Assembly: GCA_965178125.1 (NCBI GenBank)
Contig: OZ237766.1
Span: forward strand, 744,001-808,000
Source of the DNA: Bilabrum cf. latius
Lineage: Eukaryota
Reading direction: 5' to 3'
DNA length: 64,000 nucleotides
A program made the translations under genes and the position numbers. The notes under the pieces are model-generated. The model was not told the DNA's origin and did no database searches. It was given only the letters and a program-made list of their open reading frames with translations. Shown piece by piece: positions 59,136-64,000 of this stretch. Numbering within the stretch: the stretch's first letter is position 1; each line of letters begins with the position of its first letter.

Positions 59136-60567
59136 TTTGTTTATTATTTATTCCTGATTGCGGCTCTCTTCTCTTCCAACTATGCACAAGATTGTGGCAA
59201 GGTACCTGATTCGCGTCCATTCGTAAATGATAATCACACACAACAAAACCTTCAACTTTCGGCGCCGGTATCCGTCTAAAACTTGCGCTACTCCCGAGTC
59301 CGCCATATTGACTATATTCCTGGGCGCTTTGTCAGCATCCTGCCCCTGCTGAAGTCCATTGGAAGTGGCAGTGGACCAAGTGCTACTTCAGTGCCAGACC
59401 TGCTCTGATCCGGATCGATCGGTGACAAGAGGGAAAGGACCTAAGCCCACCACTCATAGGTCTGGAGATGGGAGCGGGTGGCGGGCTGGGTAGCGGGAGT
59501 GGAGAGCTGTCGTCGCGTGCCGGGGGTCGCAGCCTGGCGCAAGCGATGCCAGTGGTCGCAAGCAGCAGAGTGTCAGGCACAATGGGCGTGCCTGCCACGT
59601 TGGAGGTCACACAGAGTCAGGAGCTGCATCTGAATCGTTGGCTGCAACTAGCTGCCGCCGTGATGCTTCGCGCTGTTGCTGCCATGGTGCTCGGGGGGCC
59701 AGCTAGCAGTTCTGAGCGCGATCCGAGCTCACGAGGCACAGAGCGCATGCCGGCGATCGGCGGCGGCGATGGGATATATCATGAAACGCTCCATAAAGTC
59801 GTTTGTGGCGGCACATCGCCGTCTCCCCGAATCCTGGATCGCTCTCGCGGTCGGCTTGCGCTGCGGTAATGTGGAGGGAGGGAGGGCGAGCAGGCCGCTT
59901 GGAGTCCTCACTCCCCAATCGAGCCGGCAGTACACGCATGCAATCGAATTTATTTCTTAATTGGTTCCATTCAAAGCGCTGTTGCATCTGCGATAGGAGC
60001 TAACTGGAGTGCTGACGCGTTGTGCCTCGAGGCTGGTGGCGTTGCAAGCTGCTGTTGGCCCGCTCATTCGACTCACCGATGCTATGTCGCCTATCTCATC
60101 ATGAAATTGCATGTTTCATACTCAATCAAGTAGTATTTCGTGGAATCACTGCTGCGGGCATTGAGCTTGCAATTGGAGGTGACAGTATTCGCGCGCCTAC
60201 GCCCGCAAGGCCCCTAACTAATACCCCGCCCGGACGCCTTTTAGTATTACTATTTATGTTAGTATGGACAGTGGGGCTGGACGATTTGTCTTTGCTTCTG
60301 CTGAGTATAAGATCGATGGCGACAAAACCAAGGATGCCAGCGCGGGGGTGAACCGGTGGGAAATCAAATTTACTACAAACATCAGGTCAAATACTAAGAC
60401 TAAACACGGCGATGCATGCAGTAGAGGTGGATCCGGGGGCCCTCAGCTCCGGCTGGGAGGGGCGCGGGTTGGCGGGAGAGCCCGACTGAAATAGACTAGT
60501 CTACCTTACGGTTGGCAGGCAATGGCTCTAAGGGTAATTCCGGACCCGCTTTGCCGCGACCCCCTAC

Positions 60568-62511
60568 TCACTATGCTCGGGGGCACAGCGCGATGCCGGC
60601 TGGATCTACCTTGAACTACACCTCTGGATGCACGAGCACGATGGCTGCCCGCACGTACTTCCACACCTTTCGGAGGCCCTGCCGCGCCATGGTAGCTCGT
60701 TTCTCATAGCGGTCACCCGACTCCCGCCCCTCCTGCCACTCGTTCTACTAGTTTTGCTAGGGCCCCCTCAACCCTGTGCCAGCGAAGTGCCGCAACTCAT
60801 CCTACCCCAGCATACGAAAGGGCAGCAGCTCCTCCAGTCCCTGCCCTCCAACCTGTCGGCACGCCACGAACGGCTCACGCCCATTGATACTTATCTCTCG
60901 GCTTGCATGTTTGGTTGGCAACATCAGCGAAGCACGCGTGGCCACCCCTTGCCCACTCTCCTTGTATTCGGGAGCAGCGCTAATCCTCTCGATGGCCCTG
61001 CATGTCTCGTTCGAAGGGCCACTCACTGACCGCAAGCACGCCTACACAGCATCCTCGTACACTTCCTTGGAATCAGTAACCGCCATCACATGCAGCGCCG
61101 TCCACGGCCAGGGTGCTTCCAGCTGTCGCTCGGCACTCCTCAGAGCCATAAGGAATGCCTCGCCATCTCCTCTCAGCAGCACCATCACAAGCACCACGGG
61201 CTACCTCCTCCAATCGAAGGGGACCGACTGCCGCGACACAACTCCTGCTGCGGCTGCAGGCACTCGGGTCCCAGTCGCTGGGTCCCACGTCCAGTACACG
61301 CTGGATGCCACCCTAGGTGCAGGCGTGCTGCCCGAACCCACGAAGCAAGCCTCGTGGTACAGCACGCTCAGGTCGTAGTAGCGCTGCGCTGCCCACCACC
61401 TCCGCTTCCCCACCAGACGCATGTTTTCCACACTAGCCCTCCACGCCTTGTGCGAGGGTCCCTTGAAATGCATAAGCTTCGGGGCCTGATCGACACCATA
61501 CACTAACCCCGCCATGTTCCAACCCGTGTTCCACGTTTGCGGGATGCGGGCCCGCCTGCCCAGCAGCGCCAGGTTCGTGGGCGGCTGCGTGCCCAGTGTC
61601 CACATCTTGCCCCCCTGGTTCCTGTCCATCCACGTCTTGGCCTCATCGCCGATGCCCTGCTGCACCCATTTTTGCGTATCGATGACCATAATCCCAGCAT
61701 TGCCCAGCCACTCTTTCTCGAGGCGTGACACGGACATGCCCCAGCTCTGCAGGGACTCCTTGACACGCCGGTTCTTGCAGTCCAAAGCGGCCAGCGCGAA
61801 GCACATCGTGGGCCACTTGGTGCCCCGATGGCCAGGCCTGGGGCACATGGCAGCCGGCTGGCCCTCTAGCTCCATCCAGACGAGCTCATGCACGTCCCCG
61901 ATCACAGCGATATCAGGGTCCAAGAACGCAATCCTGCGGGCATGAGCGGCCATGGCGTTGATCGCATCAAACCTTGCTGCGTTGAAAGGAGACTTGATTC
62001 GCTCCGCAGCCGAACCCACCACGGTTTCACGGTCCGTGCTGATGCCATCTAGGAAGTGCAAGTGTACGTCGCAGCAAAAAGCGCCAGGCTTGGGTGGATT
62101 GCAAGCTGGGCCTTGCAAGCCTAGCCCATCTAGGCACCGGGTGCAAGCTCTTCGGACAATATCGTTTGCGCGAGGAGACACGACCAAATGGAAATGGATG
62201 AGTGAGGGGTCAGCGGCAGACTGCAGGATGGAGCGGGCGGCCACTGCGAATCCTGGCGCATCGGCCTCATCAAACGACATCAGGATATCTACCTACTCTC
62301 GAGGTTTTGGTGCTACCTCCAGCCCAAGTCCGGGTGGCATTGGAGATTTGATAGCCTCTGTAACCCCAGCGCGGTGAGATATTGACAAGGCTATCGTAAT
62401 GGTAGCCGTGACCAGCACCAAAAGAGCTATCAAGACGCGGTGCTGGACGAAAACTGCAACCCACCGCGACCTTGCCTGTGGTGACCGCCGCTTGCTAGAG
62501 CTTTCCATCAT
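60568..62511 (-). CDS. GT8 glycosyltransferase with C-terminal extension (copy 2), type II membrane
   Basis: Motifs FLDPDIAVIGDV, GNAGIMVID, MWTLGTQPP and LMHFKGP. Similarity to copy 1 continues past the TAG at 61201 (PWPWTAL, GDRY, YVRAAIV). 9 TAGs; ends TGA. Confidence 0.85.
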
Positions 62512-63317
62512 CAAAAAGCCAAAATATGCCTGTGGAATCCCGTGGAACTACACTGCCGCTGCACGTATTGTGGCGACGAGATGCTTCCAACCGCTGCGAC
62601 GCCGCCTCCACTGCTTGGCCGACCAAAGCTTTGCAAGCCCAGCACCTCGTAATGAAAGGTTGTTATTCTAAACCGTGTCGGGAAGAAGTAGTTGAGCGCG
62701 GGAATCCAAACAGGGAACTCCGAGATAATCATTCCTACTTTGCAGCATAGTAACGTGTGGTTTTGTATATCAGACGCATACTGCCACAAGCATGCTCAGC
62801 CCAAAGCTAGGGAGGACTTCGCCAAACCGGCGGACAATCCGTTTATTCAACTAGCTATTATTGCTCATGCGTTTTTGATCCAGCCATGGCTTCAGTCTCG
62901 GCCGCGGCCATACGCTCTAAGATGCTGCGAGTACTTGCGAGAACCGCACCTGATGCGTCTTGCTTGCGGATACCTCGAACTGCGCGACAGTTCTCGCCAC
63001 CGCACTTACGTCGGAAACCCCGATTATGTTGCTACAACAGGCTTTGCACATTTTGGCTGGATCGGATGGCCAGGGCTTGGCGCGCTCTCGATCCACCTCC
63101 GTTTGTTGCCGATTGCAAGCCAAGCTGAAGTGGTTGCAACTTCAAAATTAGCAATTCTGTGGCATGTTGCGTGCTATTTTGAGCGCTGAATGACATCGAA
63201 TTGGTCCCCGCTGCACAGGAGCGGAACGACCGTGAGCTGGGTCGGGCTCAATAAAGTACTGCTTCATTTTTAGGTACTGCTCGAGTGCAGCTCCTGGTTA
63301 TATCAATTTAGCTCGCA

Positions 63318-64000
63318 ATGCCGTCGCCCGCCCTTCCGCGGCCGCTGCTGAAATCTACTTCCCGTCAGGTGATCGTTATCAGCGTCTTGGTTCTTGCTAT
63401 TGTCACGCTCCCGTTGGTGATTCCATCACTAGCAGGGTTTCGTGTGAACCGGGGCTCGCAGTACGCTGTGCAAGTACCGACAGAGCCGCCAAGCGCTTCC
63501 GTTGATTCGCCTGTCTCGTCGGGCTAGGGAGCACAGAACCTCGAAGGTCCAAAACCTCCATTACAGTTAAAGCGGGACGGAAAATGGAGAGGCGACATGT
63601 CGGTGCGGGATGAAGGAATCACAGTGGTCCTGTTGAACTTTAAGCGTCCCGAGCATCTCAAGAAGATCGTACGGGCTTACCTCGAGATGCCAGAGGAATT
63701 CATCCGCGATGTTTACGTGTTCAACAATGACGATATTGATTTCCGGGATATGTTCGACCCCTTGCAGGGAGGGAGCTCTCGGGTGAGGGTAGTGGACGCC
63801 CACGCCAACCTTGGCATCGGGAATTCACGATTCTTTGCTGGGACCCTGGCGCGGACTAGGGCCGTCCTGACGCAAGATGATGACTTGCTCTTGACTAGGT
63901 AGGGAGTGGAGCGTTTGTACGAGCATTGGAAGCGGGAACCGGACCGCATCCATGGCGCCTACAGCCGAGGCCCAACTCTGAATCGTAAGGCTGGGAGCAG
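63318..64000 (+). CDS. GT64 (EXTL2-like) glycosyltransferase, 3'-partial
   Basis: TM anchor; ITVVLLNFKR, NSRFF, TRAVLTQDDD and WKREPDRIHG; TAGs at 63525 and 63900. Confidence 0.8.

Noticed and set aside
1-64000. Interrupted genes as a mass of pseudogenes
   Set aside because: Interruptions are almost exclusively TAG, catalytic motifs are intact, and housekeeping genes (Rce1, CoaE) are affected too. Random decay would also give TAA, TGA and many frameshifts.
1-64000. Pyrrolysine or programmed readthrough
   Set aside because: There are up to 15 TAGs per gene, including tandem and codon-2 TAGs, with no shared downstream context, and no pyl genes are visible.
1-64000. Suppressor tRNA(CUA), rRNA or other structured RNA genes
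   Set aside because: None recognised by eye in this window; this does not exclude them.

Overview
Eukaryotic, intron-poor, GC-rich nuclear DNA. It is probably from a protist; the bHLH-PAS gene hints at a stramenopile, but this is not established. The ORF track is fragmented because this genome appears to read TAG as an amino acid, most likely Gln, while TAA and TGA remain stops. About 22 genes become full length when TAG is read through (roughly 100 in-frame TAGs by hand count). Reconstructed termini are almost all TGA, twice TAA, and none clearly TAG. Read this way, 13.7-64 kb is a dense cluster of type II membrane glycan-building enzymes: GT47/exostosin, GT15, GT8, GT92-like, GT64, a fucosyltransferase-like/GT47 fusion, SAM methyltransferases, TupA-like ATP-grasp proteins and two GT8/ATP-grasp/UDP-glucuronate 4-epimerase triple fusions. 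Many occur as paralog pairs. Housekeeping genes are bHLH-PAS, SPFH, Rce1, dephospho-CoA kinase and a Kae1/TsaD fragment. Mobile DNA comprises a long-TIR foldback-like element (two near-full copies, one partial), a non-autonomous hAT-like element with an 8-bp TSD, and a 5'-truncated non-LTR retrotransposon. All annotations come from manual translation and motif recall, with no database searches.
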